This document shows positions 47,593 through 58,842 of a DNA stretch of 64,000 nucleotides, piece after piece. The stretch spans positions 29,561-93,560 of IMG/VR virus record IMGVR_UViG_3300005336_000001; one strand, given 5' to 3'. The translations under genes were made by a program, and so were the position numbers. How positions within the stretch are numbered: the first letter of the stretch is position 1; every line of letters starts with the position of its first letter. Under the pieces are notes generated by a model that saw nothing but the letters and a program-made list of their open reading frames with translations, ran no database searches and had not been told where the DNA came from. This DNA is from a virus.

Positions 47593-48618
47593 CTAAATGT
47601 GCAGCGACTTGTTGTTCTTGGCCCACGTCACAAACGTGGGGGTATCGCACAACGTGCTGTCACGCTTGGTAGCGTCCAGCACAACCACGGTGCTGAAGTC
47701 CGCACCAAAACCATCCCGGTTGATGTATTTGTAGATGGCCGGGAAAGTGTCCTTGGTCGTGCTGCGTGCTAACAACGCACTGAGGGCGTACCGGCCAGCC
47801 GGTGCATCGGGGATATCAGCTTTCATCGGGTTGGACAAGATGTCCTCCAAGTCCGGCAACTCAGCCGTCTTGAAGTAGGTCTCAACCTCCAACGCCGCGC
47901 CCTCACCGACAATAGCTGCCACCAGTTTGAAACGCATGCCCTCCGGTGCGTCGAACACCTTCGAAGCACTTGCCCAAGAACGCGGTGACGGGAAGGCCAA
48001 CAAGTCAGCTCCTTCCATGCTGTGGATGAGGTTGGGACGGTACTTGATGAAACCGATCAACATCGGATCGATACCATTCAAGTTCGCCCAATGCCCCCAG
48101 CATTCAGCATCAGCCCGGATGTGAACATGTGCGAAGCGGTTTGCCAAAGCTGATGACAGCGATTGCGCCGCAGCACGATCTTCCCTCCGGTTGCCAGCGG
48201 CTACCGGCCACCACCCATCGGGTAACTTGTAATCGCCGATCTGACGATCCAAGATCACCCGGTAGATGCATGACTGCAACTGACGCGGTGCGTCACTGAG
48301 TTCGTCAAACGCGATAATGCCCTTCGGGCCATCACGGTTCACGTCAGGCCAGAAGGCAGCCCGCAACCATACTGCCAGTTTTTTCTCGAGGTCAGGCACC
48401 GGGATGCCTGTGAGATCTTCAGGCAACATGGTGCCCACACGGACGTCGATAAAGCCGGACTCATCCTCAGCAGCAAGCTGTTTCATGATGTCCGACTTGC
48501 CGATGCCCGGCGCACTGTGGAAGTATGTGGGAATGTTTTTTGACCTGAAGATGCGGGCAATATCCTTTGCCGTCTCAATGGTCTCAGTGCGTACCCCACT
48601 TGTTACGTTTTCACTCAT
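47593..48618 (-). CDS. MoxR-like AAA+ ATPase
   Basis: SAPGIGKS, DLTGIP, FDEL, AAGNR, ALANRF, SPRSW. Confidence 0.9.
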   Translation of the reverse strand: MSENVTSGVRTETIETAKDIARIFRSKNIPTYFHSAPGIGKSDIMKQLAAEDESGFIDVRVGTMLPEDLTGIPVPDLEKKLAVWLRAAFWPDVNRDGPKGIIAFDELSDAPRQLQSCIYRVILDRQIGDYKLPDGWWPVAAGNRREDRAAAQSLSSALANRFAHVHIRADAECWGHWANLNGIDPMLIGFIKYRPNLIHSMEGADLLAFPSPRSWASASKVFDAPEGMRFKLVAAIVGEGAALEVETYFKTAELPDLEDILSNPMKADIPDAPAGRYALSALLARSTTKDTFPAIYKYINRDGFGADFSTVVVLDATKRDSTLCDTPTFVTWAKNNKSLHI

Positions 48619-48698
48619 AGTTCTCTCCTCCTGTTTAGGAATGAAGCATTGTCGCTTCTTACTACTGTCACCTTTATGGCGACAGTAGGGTAGAAACG

Positions 48699-49034
48699 TC
48701 ACTTCATCGCAAGTTCGCTTTCACGGATCAGATCAGATCTGATCACGTCTGGGAGTGCCAACCGTGCACGTTCCATTGCCGCTCCGTAAGTACGGGGATG
48801 GTTCATGGCAATGTCGTTCACGACCTGTGGGATGACAAAATCATCATCATCGATGGTGGCTTCGGTCAAGCCAACCAACACTTTCCGTGCTTTTGGGAAA
48901 GCAGCTTTCAACGATTGAGCCAGCAAACATGAACGAGGATTGCCCGCATCATAGATGCCGTCGTAAGGTTTTGCCTGAAGCCATTTGATCAGGCTCTCCA
49001 CGTCCTGACGTGTGGCCGGTTTTTCATATACCAT
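48699..49034 (-). CDS. Hypothetical protein
   Basis: RBS element. Confidence 0.65.
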   Translation of the reverse strand: MVYEKPATRQDVESLIKWLQAKPYDGIYDAGNPRSCLLAQSLKAAFPKARKVLVGLTEATIDDDDFVIPQVVNDIAMNHPRTYGAAMERARLALPDVIRSDLIRESELAMK

Positions 49035-49233
49035 AGTTCTCCTCCTGTTAGATGCGGTAATGCATCTTTGAGCGCACCCCGTAGGATGCGCCCCGTAGAT
49101 GAACTACTTCAGTTGTATTCTGATGATGTATGGTAAGCGAACACCCGCCACCATCCTGCGAACGCCATCGTGTGGCACGTAGACGTATTTGCCAAAACAA
49201 AGCCAAACACTGTATGTCATGACGATGCCCTTA

Positions 49234-50109
49234 TCACTTCATGTAGCTTTGGACTTTCTTCAGGATCTTGTCGGCCTTGCTGATAGTTTCAGCACGCACC
49301 TTGTTATCCGCACGCAGAATTTCAGGTGAGTGCTCAACCAGATCAGAGCGTAACTGCTTTGCCAATTCAGTGATGCGTGGATCATCAGTGACATTCAGAA
49401 CTGGAATGAGGTTGACCAGTTCATCAATGTTGTACACCAGCGAACTGTGGATGGTGCCTTCAGCCTTGTTGCCATCCTTGGATGGCACGTAAGCCTTAAG
49501 CTTTTCAGTCATGTGCCGAACGAGCCCCTCAACCCGTCCAAAGACGTCCTTCATGGCATTTTCCAGACGCTCATTGGTGCGCCGTTCAATGTCCTTGATG
49601 ATGGCCTTGGTGGATTCATCGCTGAGTTTGGCACGGAAATCCTGTGCCTGTGGCAGCGGCTTGACCTCGACGTCGAAGTCAAACTTGGCCTCAAGCACAC
49701 TCACGTCAGGGTAATCGTCCTGATTGAACATGTCACCCAGCCGCGTTTTGCCTTCCTTGATTGCATTGGGCAAATCATCAAGGAAAGCTTTCACTTCCTT
49801 CTCAATGGCAATGCGGCAATCACGCATCTTTTTGGTGTACTCGATGTACCCCGTGTTGCTGAGGATGCGCGTACCATCATCCTCCCACGGCAACGTGTAC
49901 AGCCGATGCACCTTGCGGGCATTGCTGTGCGCCGTGGAAACGCCACTGAAGAAACTGGCCTTGACCAACCGCTTGTTATATCGGCCTGCTTCTTTCTCAG
50001 CCTTGAAGTCAGCATTGACGGAATCAGTGACCTCTCGGTCCACCATCATGCCTGACCATGACTTGATATGGAGCGATGAAAGCATCGCCCTTTCAGCTAA
50101 TTTGCTCAT
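49234..50109 (-). CDS. DUF3150-like helical protein
   Basis: L.I..WSG..D..V..K.L..TLPW..G.R.L..F..DYP pattern; next to MoxR/vWA genes. Confidence 0.6.
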   Translation of the reverse strand: MSKLAERAMLSSLHIKSWSGMMVDREVTDSVNADFKAEKEAGRYNKRLVKASFFSGVSTAHSNARKVHRLYTLPWEDDGTRILSNTGYIEYTKKMRDCRIAIEKEVKAFLDDLPNAIKEGKTRLGDMFNQDDYPDVSVLEAKFDFDVEVKPLPQAQDFRAKLSDESTKAIIKDIERRTNERLENAMKDVFGRVEGLVRHMTEKLKAYVPSKDGNKAEGTIHSSLVYNIDELVNLIPVLNVTDDPRITELAKQLRSDLVEHSPEILRADNKVRAETISKADKILKKVQSYMK

Positions 50110-50178
50110 GGTTTTTCTCCTCCTGTTTGAAGCACAAATGCTTCCTACTATGGCCCGCAGGCCATAGAGTGGAAACAT

Positions 50179-50712
50179 TCAGTAACCAGCCTTCTCAAGC
50201 TTGGCCTGAAACTTCTTCATGGCCGCATGGAAAGGCTCAGGGTCCATGGGCTCATATGGTGGGATGTCAGTGCATAACTTATTCAACTTTCGAGTCTCAG
50301 GAGTGTTGTCCCAGTCATACATGTTTGCATCAGGAAACAAACTGCTGTAAGCCACCAGAGCTTGACCAGTTCTCAGATTGTTGATGGCATGGAGCTGCTT
50401 CATGTTGGCGGGAAATGAAGCAGGCTCCATGTAGCGTTTTTTGCCATCGGCACCCAGTGAGAAGGCCATGACACTGCCAGCGGCACAGACCGAACATATC
50501 TTGGTCTTGCTGATGGTGCTGTCACCGACAACACAGGTCAATTCCGCATTGGGCTGATACCAATCATCCATGTCGACCGCGTACTTGGTCTTCATTTTTT
50601 CCACTTTGCGGAGATCCTTCAAGGCAATGGCAACGAGCTTGCTCATGACCATGGGCAGGATGACGAGTTTCTTGGCTTTGGGTTTAGTTCTAGCTTTGGC
50701 TTTCTTAGCCAT
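50179..50712 (-). CDS. Hypothetical protein
   Basis: RBS element; DMDDW..CSVCAAG. Confidence 0.7.
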   Translation of the reverse strand: MAKKAKARTKPKAKKLVILPMVMSKLVAIALKDLRKVEKMKTKYAVDMDDWYQPNAELTCVVGDSTISKTKICSVCAAGSVMAFSLGADGKKRYMEPASFPANMKQLHAINNLRTGQALVAYSSLFPDANMYDWDNTPETRKLNKLCTDIPPYEPMDPEPFHAAMKKFQAKLEKAGY

Positions 50713-50918
50713 AATTTTTACTCCTCCTGTTTGTGGGGACGAAGCGTAATGCTTCTCACTGCGGCCACATGAGCCGCAGGACAGAAACATTAGTCAAAGT
50801 CGGTGTACTCGTCAGGTTTGCTGTCCTTGCAATAAAGGAAGTTCCCCACTAGCACCAACGCAATAGCAAAGAAGGTCATGGTGAACAGAAACGCTTCTTT
50901 TGACATGTTCTCCTCCTG

Positions 50919-51452
50919 TTAAGTTAGGCTGAAAATGTCAGCCAAGACTTGTGTGATAATTGGCAAACTGGCCTCATCGCCCGTAATTTTCCATTGATTA
51001 CGGGACACCATTTGAAGTTCGTACATGGTGTTGATATCGCCCGGCTTCCCCGTGTAGTAACCAAACTCCCTTAGGTTGATCACGAACTTTTTGTCATACC
51101 GTCTACGGAAGTGTTTCATCATCTTTTTTGAATTAAGATGGATGACTTGATAGTCCTCGTTTTCAGCAACTCTAGTAAGAAGTGCATGGCCGAAAATGCT
51201 GATGGTTTGGCGGATGAAGCGCTCACGCTTCAATGCCCTACTGGTAGCTTCAGGGTCGGCAAAGTCCCCAGATGATTTGACATGCTCAAGTTGAAACTTG
51301 AGGCAATCAGCAGCTTCTTGGCAGGACAAGAAAGGTAGCAGCCCTCTATGGAAGTCAGGTCGGCCACTGTAGCTTCGCACACACATGACAATATAATCCT
51401 GCCGTGTGGTGTTTAACTTGTCCAAATAAGTAGCGAGTGTTTTTACACTCAT
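50919..51452 (-). CDS. Hypothetical protein
   Basis: RBS element; 177 aa. Confidence 0.65.
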   Translation of the reverse strand: MSVKTLATYLDKLNTTRQDYIVMCVRSYSGRPDFHRGLLPFLSCQEAADCLKFQLEHVKSSGDFADPEATSRALKRERFIRQTISIFGHALLTRVAENEDYQVIHLNSKKMMKHFRRRYDKKFVINLREFGYYTGKPGDINTMYELQMVSRNQWKITGDEASLPIITQVLADIFSLT

Positions 51453-51516
51453 TTTCTCCTCCTGTTTTGTAGATGTTCACCACTGCCCCTCCACGTGGAG
51501 AGGCAGGACGTCAACA

Positions 51517-52002
51517 TCAGATATTATCGGCAGCCGCCACAAATTCACGGATTTGTTTGGCAACTGCAAGTTCACCTTCAGCACCAACAGGAAGTTTCCT
51601 GTTGTCGTATTTCTCTTCATATCCTTCACCGGTGAAGAGATGGTAGACAGCCCACCTGTCAATTTCAAAGAAATCACCGACGGCCTCAAAGTTATCCAAG
51701 CCGTTGAAGTAAGGCGTGAGATAGTACGCGCCTTCCGCAGACTTGAGTTTGTAGGTCAACCCTTCATCCTTGAAGATGCCACTGATGGCAGCAAAACCCA
51801 CAGCACACGCGACGGTCCCACAATCAACCGGGACAGTCTCAGTTTCAGATTTGAACAAATATGGAATATTCGTGTCATAGTCTGCGTCGGCATTGTAGCC
51901 ATCCTTGGCTGCCCACGTGCCGATATCAAATTTGATACCAGTGGGATTGGCTGCGTCCATTTCAAGGGCAGCGGCCAACCTCAACAAAAGATCTTTACGC
52001 AT
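51517..52002 (-). CDS. Hypothetical protein
   Basis: RBS element; FDIGTW..CGTVACAVG. Confidence 0.7.
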   Translation of the reverse strand: MRKDLLLRLAAALEMDAANPTGIKFDIGTWAAKDGYNADADYDTNIPYLFKSETETVPVDCGTVACAVGFAAISGIFKDEGLTYKLKSAEGAYYLTPYFNGLDNFEAVGDFFEIDRWAVYHLFTGEGYEEKYDNRKLPVGAEGELAVAKQIREFVAAADNI

Positions 52003-52079
52003 AATCATCTCCTCCTGTTTGACACTCACCATGAGTGTTCAGTCCTGCTCACCCAATTAAGGATGAGCAGAGTGAAGAC

Positions 52080-52295
52080 TCAGCCTTCGTCGAGATCAAA
52101 CGTGATACGCTTTGGCGCCCGGCCATCCAATTTGGCCTTACGCAAGTAGAGCGTACCGACGATGGCACCGTCAGCGTCAGTCTTGAGATGAACGCCGTTT
52201 TCATCCACTTCCTGATAGCGCAGTGCGCCCGGCGTAGTCTTGATCAGCTCGAAACTGACCTTGGCGATATGACCCGCATGAGTTTTCTCAGTCAT
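52080..52295 (-). CDS. Small hypothetical protein
   Basis: RBS element; TPGALRYQE..GTLYLRK. Confidence 0.7.
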   Translation of the reverse strand: MTEKTHAGHIAKVSFELIKTTPGALRYQEVDENGVHLKTDADGAIVGTLYLRKAKLDGRAPKRITFDLDEG

Positions 52296-52960
52296 GATAT
52301 TCTCCTCCTGTTGAAGCTTAATTGCTTCTTTGGACGCTGATATTTTGCCCAGCGCCCCGTAGAAACAATTTCAGAGATGTGTCAACATAGAAATGACAAA
52401 CTCCTCATTGGAACAATCATACAATCCAGCCACATATTTTGGCCGGGCATGATCTGCCCGCACACGCGCTGCAAACCGAACATTCGGCTGCCTGCGCAGC
52501 AATGAGACGGCGTTAGCTGCCGACTCAGGATTGTTGAAGCGCAACACGCTCGCAGTGCCGTCACGCTCCATGACCAACACGTTCATAGGTTCGGGCTTCA
52601 TGTGATGCTTCTCCGCTTTTTTGAATTTGGCTTCCATGATTGCCGCATCCAGATCTTGACCACGCAGGCCAGCACCAAAAAGCCGTGCACTGAGCACGGC
52701 CTCTGAATCTGTCCCATTGATGAAGTCTGTTTTGATCTGAGCAATGCGGCGGTTTACTTCTGGCCACAATGGCTCGCTAATCGTCGGCATTATCAGCCTC
52801 AAGTACACCCAAATTGTTGTACTCCGTTACCGGAATAACAATTTGAATGTTCCATTCAGCGTTGCGGACAGTTTGAGCAAAACGATCGGCTGCCTCAAAC
52901 GAGTCATAAGGGCCAACCAACCGTGTGCCATCGAACGCATTGCCAACTGCAACGACGTAC

Positions 52961-53128
52961 TTAGGCATTGGAGCGCTCCTTCTTTGGAAGCGTCAAAGTC
53001 GCCAGTTCCCACCCGCTGTTCCACTCACCGGCCAAAACCGAACCAAGTGGATGTGGGCAGTCTTGAAGTTGCTTGCCCTCTTCACAGGCACGGACTCCTT
53101 CGAGCCATGCCTTTTCAAACTCATTCAT
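52961..53128 (-). CDS. Rmf/CrpP-fold small protein (55 aa, below ORF-track cut-off)
   Basis: MNEFEKAWLEGVRACEEGKQLQDCPHPLGSVLAGEWNSGW; AGGAGGAG RBS. Confidence 0.7.
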   Translation of the reverse strand: MNEFEKAWLEGVRACEEGKQLQDCPHPLGSVLAGEWNSGWELATLTLPKKERSNA

Positions 53129-53622
53129 TTTCTCCTCCTATTACAGTCATAATGACTGACCACTACCGCTCGTAAGCGGCAGGACGTCAGCAATCATGCT
53201 TCGCTGGGATCGAGCGCAAACAAAAGGTTCGTAAGAAATGCAATGTGCATTTCATAGTGCGGATGCCACTCGTGAACCGCCCAAATGCCACCAGCCGCAC
53301 AGATGAGAACTATGCGGTAATGACGCTTGCGTACCTTCACCTTCTCAATGTGAGGCAGGTGAAGTTTGGACCAACGTACACTCTTCACGGTCCACCTCCT
53401 TTCATTGGCTGGCAGCTCGCTCGTAAGTGCCAGCGCGAGTGTTTTCAGTGAAATTCATTTGGGAGGAGATGTCCCACCAAACGATCATGAAAAAAGCCGC
53501 CCCAAGCAGAGCGGCTTTAAACAGATGCTGAACCTTTTCGCGGTTGTCCATTTCTCCTCCTGTTTCATTGAAGCGTGATTGCTTCTCACTGCCCCACGTA
53601 TGGGGCAGGACAGAAACAGTCA

Positions 53623-53973
53623 TTATTTGCCGCGCCCGTAGTAGAGCTTGGCCAATTCAGCATCCCGCTCTTCAGCGGGGATGAGCACCAACCGCGTCAG
53701 CACCGTGCCCCAGTCTTTGCCCCAAATCTTTTGGGCGGCCAGATGGTCAAAGATCAACGTGTCAGCACTGGGCACCTCTTCCATGACGGTCACATTGAAA
53801 CCGCCTTGGTTTTCTTGGTACTCATAACAGATGTGATGACCAATCAACACATCCTGCACGCCATACACTTCACGGATGATGTCCTTGAAGAGTTGACGGC
53901 TGATGGCATTCCGGTCGTTTTCCCACACGCCTTCAATTTTCACGCCACCGGGCGTGAAGTCCTGTTTGTTCAT
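53623..53973 (-). CDS. Hypothetical protein, paralogue of 6301..6606
   Basis: EVPSADTLIFDHLAAQKIWG. Confidence 0.75.
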   Translation of the reverse strand: MNKQDFTPGGVKIEGVWENDRNAISRQLFKDIIREVYGVQDVLIGHHICYEYQENQGGFNVTVMEEVPSADTLIFDHLAAQKIWGKDWGTVLTRLVLIPAEERDAELAKLYYGRGK

Positions 53974-54277
53974 TTCTCTCCTCCTGTTCAGATTAGAAGC
54001 ACAGATGCTTCTCACATGGCTGATTGCTCAGCCATGGACAGAAACATCAGTGAAGGATGCCAACCACAATGGCCAGCACGATGACCACCGAGCCAATGAT
54101 GCCAAGCATGGCAATCCAGTTGACCCGGTAAGGCTGCTCAGTGAACACATCGACCGCTTCATCAAGCTCGTCCCTGCGGTCAAGCTTGTCGTCACGGTTG
54201 GGGTCCGGCATCATGTATTCAGAACCAATCATATTTTCTCCTCCTGTTATGAAGCTTAAATGCTTCTTGCAGGGCGC

Positions 54278-54900
54278 TTATTCATCGCCCTGTGTAGAAA
54301 CATTCTTGTAGCCATGCTTTGCTGCGATGGCTTTCAAGATTGTTAGAACGTGTGGGCCTCTTGCTTGCGTAAGTGATATCCTTTTTGATATTAGATCCTC
54401 TTTACACCTGCGCCAGCTATCCAACCCATCACCCCATGGTTCATCTGGAAAACCAAAGGTTTGTGCGACTAGCAACAAAGCATCGTGCAAACTCGCCGTC
54501 TGCCCATTGGCACGTATATGTCTGAGGGCATAAATTACCCCCAACATGTAATCATCTTTTTTATCTATGGCCATTTGGGATACTTGCTCAAGTCAACCCC
54601 ACGGATGGTTGCCAGTGCGTACACCAGTATTTTTCCATGAGGGCCAGCCAATGCTTGGAGCATCAGTGCTCGTTTTGCATCACGAGGCTTTTGACCATGT
54701 GATGCAGCAGTGTGGAAGTGTTGAGATGCTGAATTGCGCCCCTTGAGATCCTTTACTTTGTATCCCAACAAGGCACGCAACACGGATGGACTTCCACGCT
54801 TGTCACCCATCCGTCTTGGCATATTGCCCAAGGCGGCATGCCAAATCTCAGTCCAATCAGCACGTTCAGGGATGTGACGTCTTGGATTACCTCTAGGCAT
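54278..54900 (-). repeat. Two GPH-motif paralogues (54278-54574, 54565-54900)
   Basis: ARGPHVLTILKAIAAKHG; LAGPHGKILVYALATIRG. Confidence 0.75.
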
Positions 54901-57155
54901 CGCCTTAACCGTCAGTGATGCGTGTGATTGGGATCGTCCACGTCCACGCCACAAGCACCGCATATCATCGGCATCTTGTTGACCAACGGGAACTGCCCTA
55001 CTGGCTTATCACACGTGGAGCAATGAATGCCCAACGTAGATGAATCCATCAGCCCAACCTCAAGGCTGTCCTTGCGACCTTCCTGCAAGCAAGACTTGCA
55101 GTGAAAATACATCTTCATTTGTTGCTCCACTTCTCGGTGATGGCATCAAATGCGGTGATGAGGTCTTCAGCATCATTGTCCTCGTCAATGCCGTACTCAA
55201 CAGCATAGCCGTCAAGGTTGTTCAACACGACAAGCATCTGATCCTTACGAGTGTCAGCATTTGCTTTTTCAAACAAAGCTAACCATTCATCTTTGCTTAT
55301 ACTCATGTTTTCTCCTCCTGTTTGAACATAGTGTTCACCACGGAAGCTTGTTAAAGCTTCCGGACGTCAACACTAAGATTTAGCATTTTTCATTTGTTCT
55401 TCAGACAACAGATGAAAACACTTGTCTCCCTCAAACGTGGACAACCAAATTTCACCAGCACCGGGCTCTTCAGAAAGAACATCTGGTTGATATTGCCCCA
55501 GATACTTTCCATCTTTGTCATATTTGTAACGGGCGGAACCATCATCCCGTTCAAACCCAGTTTTAGTCTTAATGATAAATTCACGCATGACCTTTATCCT
55601 CCTGTTGAAGCAAATGCTTCTGCCTGCACTGAGATTAGTCAGTGCAGGATAGAAACATTAACCCCTGTGTTTTTTTAACATAGGTTCAATAGTTGAGATG
55701 CCACGATGCCAAGCAGCCAATACCTCTATGCCCGTATAAGGTTGTTTAGGATACAACAACTGGGCCGCTGCCTGCAAATGTTCCACAGCTTTTAAAGTTG
55801 CTTCCAACTCATTAGCATCACCGCGTATTTCATCTACCGTAAGTGGTTTAGTCATGATCTTGATCCTCCTGTTTGATATCAATGGGTATCGGTGGAAGGC
55901 CCTAATCACATGGTGCAGCCGGTCAGTTTTGCTTCAAACACAGCATTCTAAACGACATATACCCTGCATCTATCAACAGGTGTTGGGGCCACCCTCCTGA
56001 TGCAGTCATCCCTAATCTATCGCTGGGCTTGGGGGCTGTTGGTTGCGATAGTTAGTTGACTAGGGCCTTCCGCCGATAGCCATTATTGTAATTCTTATTC
56101 CTGCAACTTTGCAGGCTTCTAAGATTGAATGATGATAGCAGGGGAAGCCGTTAAGCTTCCCCCACTTTCACCGTTTGTAAACAGGCACGGACATTGCTGT
56201 CCGTGTGCACTTGCAATTAAGCAAGTGCAAGGAGGAGATATATGTACCCATGGTTATTGAATACGCTTAATGACGTGGGCCACCTCTCATTGCCTGCAAT
56301 TAGGTTATGTATCTTTCAAGCCCTGTGACTTAACAGGGTCAACGGCTCTCATGTCCGTTGTGCTTCATTGCTTTGAAGGAGTTGATACAAATACGCAGGG
56401 GCTCTGACTTCCCTACTAGCTCACACGGTTCATGCTTTCTACTTCTAACAACAGCCATGAACGTCACATCCACGTACCCGCGCTATCTCTAGCGGCGTTG
56501 GGTTTGGAACCCCAAACGAATTATACATATGGATTGCTTGTGCAGCATTTTATATCAACCATGCTCAAAGCGCCTAGCAGGCTCATTGGTGCGGTTTGGC
56601 TTGAATTGGGGGTTAGGTAGGCCGTTGGCAAACAAACGCGCCAGCGGCCTTTAAAACACGTTATAGGCCCTATCAAACCAATGCCTTAGCTTTGGGCGCA
56701 ATAATTCCATGGGTACGGCGGCCCATTCATTGCCTGACTTTGTGCTTACCACCGCTTCCCCGTTCTAATCACCGGGTACAACGTTCCTAGGCAATTGCCC
56801 CATAGGGGGGCGTCAGACAAACTTGCGCTCAGCGCGCGGGCAAACGACCGTGACGGGGATGGATGTACGTCCTAAGTGCCACATATTTCAGCGGTAGGTT
56901 ACAGTGGAAACTGCTTGTTAGCGCAACAGCCCCAAAGTGACATTAACCCAATCGCCTGATGCAGCGGGCTTCAAGTGCCCATTTGCAGAGGAGTCATCAA
57001 CCCGTGTTTATTGACCTGTTAGGCACCGTATTTGCCACACCGCCTAAGATATGACCGGTAGCACCGGGTGCAAAATTCGCGCTCAAAGTAGGCGCAAATC
57101 ACCCGGTAGTGTGCCAACGGTAGCCCAACATAATGGCTTGCCAAGGAAGTTCATG

Positions 57156-58842
57156 TCACTCGTCAAGTTTATTTGGACTTCTGGTTAACGGCGTTTCCAG
57201 ACCGCGCTTCACATGCCAAATCGTGAAGAACGCATGTCCATTAGGCCCTATAAGCTTCTCACAGAATGCAATGTCGTTTGCATTGAAATTCCTGATCATT
57301 GTGTGTTTGTCTGGGTAATCACACATGAATGCCAGATACTTTGGACCAGCCCAATTGGATGGCAACGGTCTGTAGCTGTCAAAGAACGCATAGACTTTGC
57401 CTCTTAGTCGGCTTTCTTCATCCGTTTGTTGTAATGTTCTTGTTCTGCGGTCGTACTGATATTTAACTATCCCGCTCATGTTGTTTGTCCTCTTCCCGCG
57501 CTATGGCCTGTTGCAGAAGAACATTATAAACAAGAAATCCGTTTGGCCCAAGCATCTTGTCAAGCAACTCTTCTGATTTGTTGGACCAAAACTCGTCCAT
57601 TATCAATGTGTTTTCATATCCAAGTATCCACGCAATGTGCTTCTTGTTTAAATATGGAAATGGTTGAACGAGGATTGAATCTATCTTGCCAGCACCCTTC
57701 CACCGCCAAAGCTTTTTATTGAGTACGTACAGTTTTACCCCCATCATAGCTGTTTGTGCTCCAATTGACGCCGCATTACCCATGTTTGGCTTCCAACGCT
57801 TTGAAGATAGTCAAACCATTGGAGCCAAGCAGCATCAGGGTAAGTTTATCTATTTTTTCTTTATCCTTGGCACGTGTCAATTCCTCAACTGTTTTATATT
57901 CCAAAAGTTTCAAGATAATTTCATCAATTGCATTTGGGACAACGAGAATTGGTGGAGCAGACTGTCCACAGTTTATTTGCCCACTCCCCCACCATACAGC
58001 CAACACATTATAAAGATCAGCAGTGAGTGCACAAAATTCCTGTCGTATGAAGCTGTTCATGTTTGATCCCGATTGGCCTCCAACGCTTTGCACACAGCAA
58101 CGGTATGAGCCGAGGCTAACATTCTGAGTGCTCTGTCTATCTTGCCATCCAGTTCATAACTATGGGCAGTAATGAATAACCAATAGTCGGCATAGCCAAA
58201 CAACCATGGCAGATACCGACCGGGGTCTTGCGTGACGCCGCAAACGACAAGCCTCTGGCCTGCCGCCATACGCAATTCAGCTCTGGTACCAAATGACATC
58301 TACCCAAGCCCCCGTTTGATCTTCATGGCGACCCATATTGCATCTCCATGCGGACCAAGGAGCAGTTCTAATTGCCTGCTGACAGGTCCATTGTCTTTTT
58401 GGAGGTAATGTGTTTCCTGCATGTGCTTGTAATCCCTAAAACCGAGCATTTTACCAAGCAACGTGCCACTCTCGCCTCCTTGTTCCCAAGGTAGCCCTTT
58501 ATTGTTGAAATGCTTCATTGAGACATCTACACGCAAGGCCAGTTTGTAATCCGTATCACCATCATCTAAGAAGTAAACAGACATCTATCTGACCTCACGC
58601 TTGACAAGCATGGCTTTGAAGAGGGTGAAACTGTGATCAGAGGTGAGAAGTAATTTGATTTTGGCTTCTATCTCAGGGGTATCTGTTTTATCATTGATGA
58701 AGTCATACCAATCCTCAAAACCAAATGCCTCAGCAACCTTGGCCTCAGCAATCCTGGCTTTTTTTAATTCATTGTAGCTGCCGGGGAATAGACGTTCGAC
58801 CAAGCTTATCAGCCGCCAATACCTTTTCATGTCAGTTCTCAT
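57156..58842 (-). repeat. Cluster 2 of GPH-motif paralogues (6 CDS: 57156-57479, 57463-57783, 57776-58060, 58057-58299, 58300-58584, 58585-58842)
   Basis: LIGPNGHAF, MLGPNGFLV, LLGSNGLTIFKAL, LASAHTVAVCKAL, LLGPHGDAIWVAM, LTSDHSFTLFKAM. Confidence 0.8.

Larger units (their letters stand above)
39638..55875 (-). repeat. Dispersed intergenic element (about 20-24 copies): interrupted hairpin, small alternative hairpin, then AACAGGAGGAGAA RBS
   Basis: Copies near 39640, 42345, 42690, 43100, 43535, 44908, 46336, 46818, 47524, 48621, 49036, 50112, 50716, 51453, 52008, 52300, 53130, 53551, 53974, 54235, 55308, 55593, 55861. Confidence 0.88.

Noticed and set aside
39638-55875. CRISPR array or integron attC cassette array
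   Set aside because: The repeats are degenerate and separated by whole genes, and they contain the RBS. No cas or integrase gene is present and I saw no consistent attC core sites.
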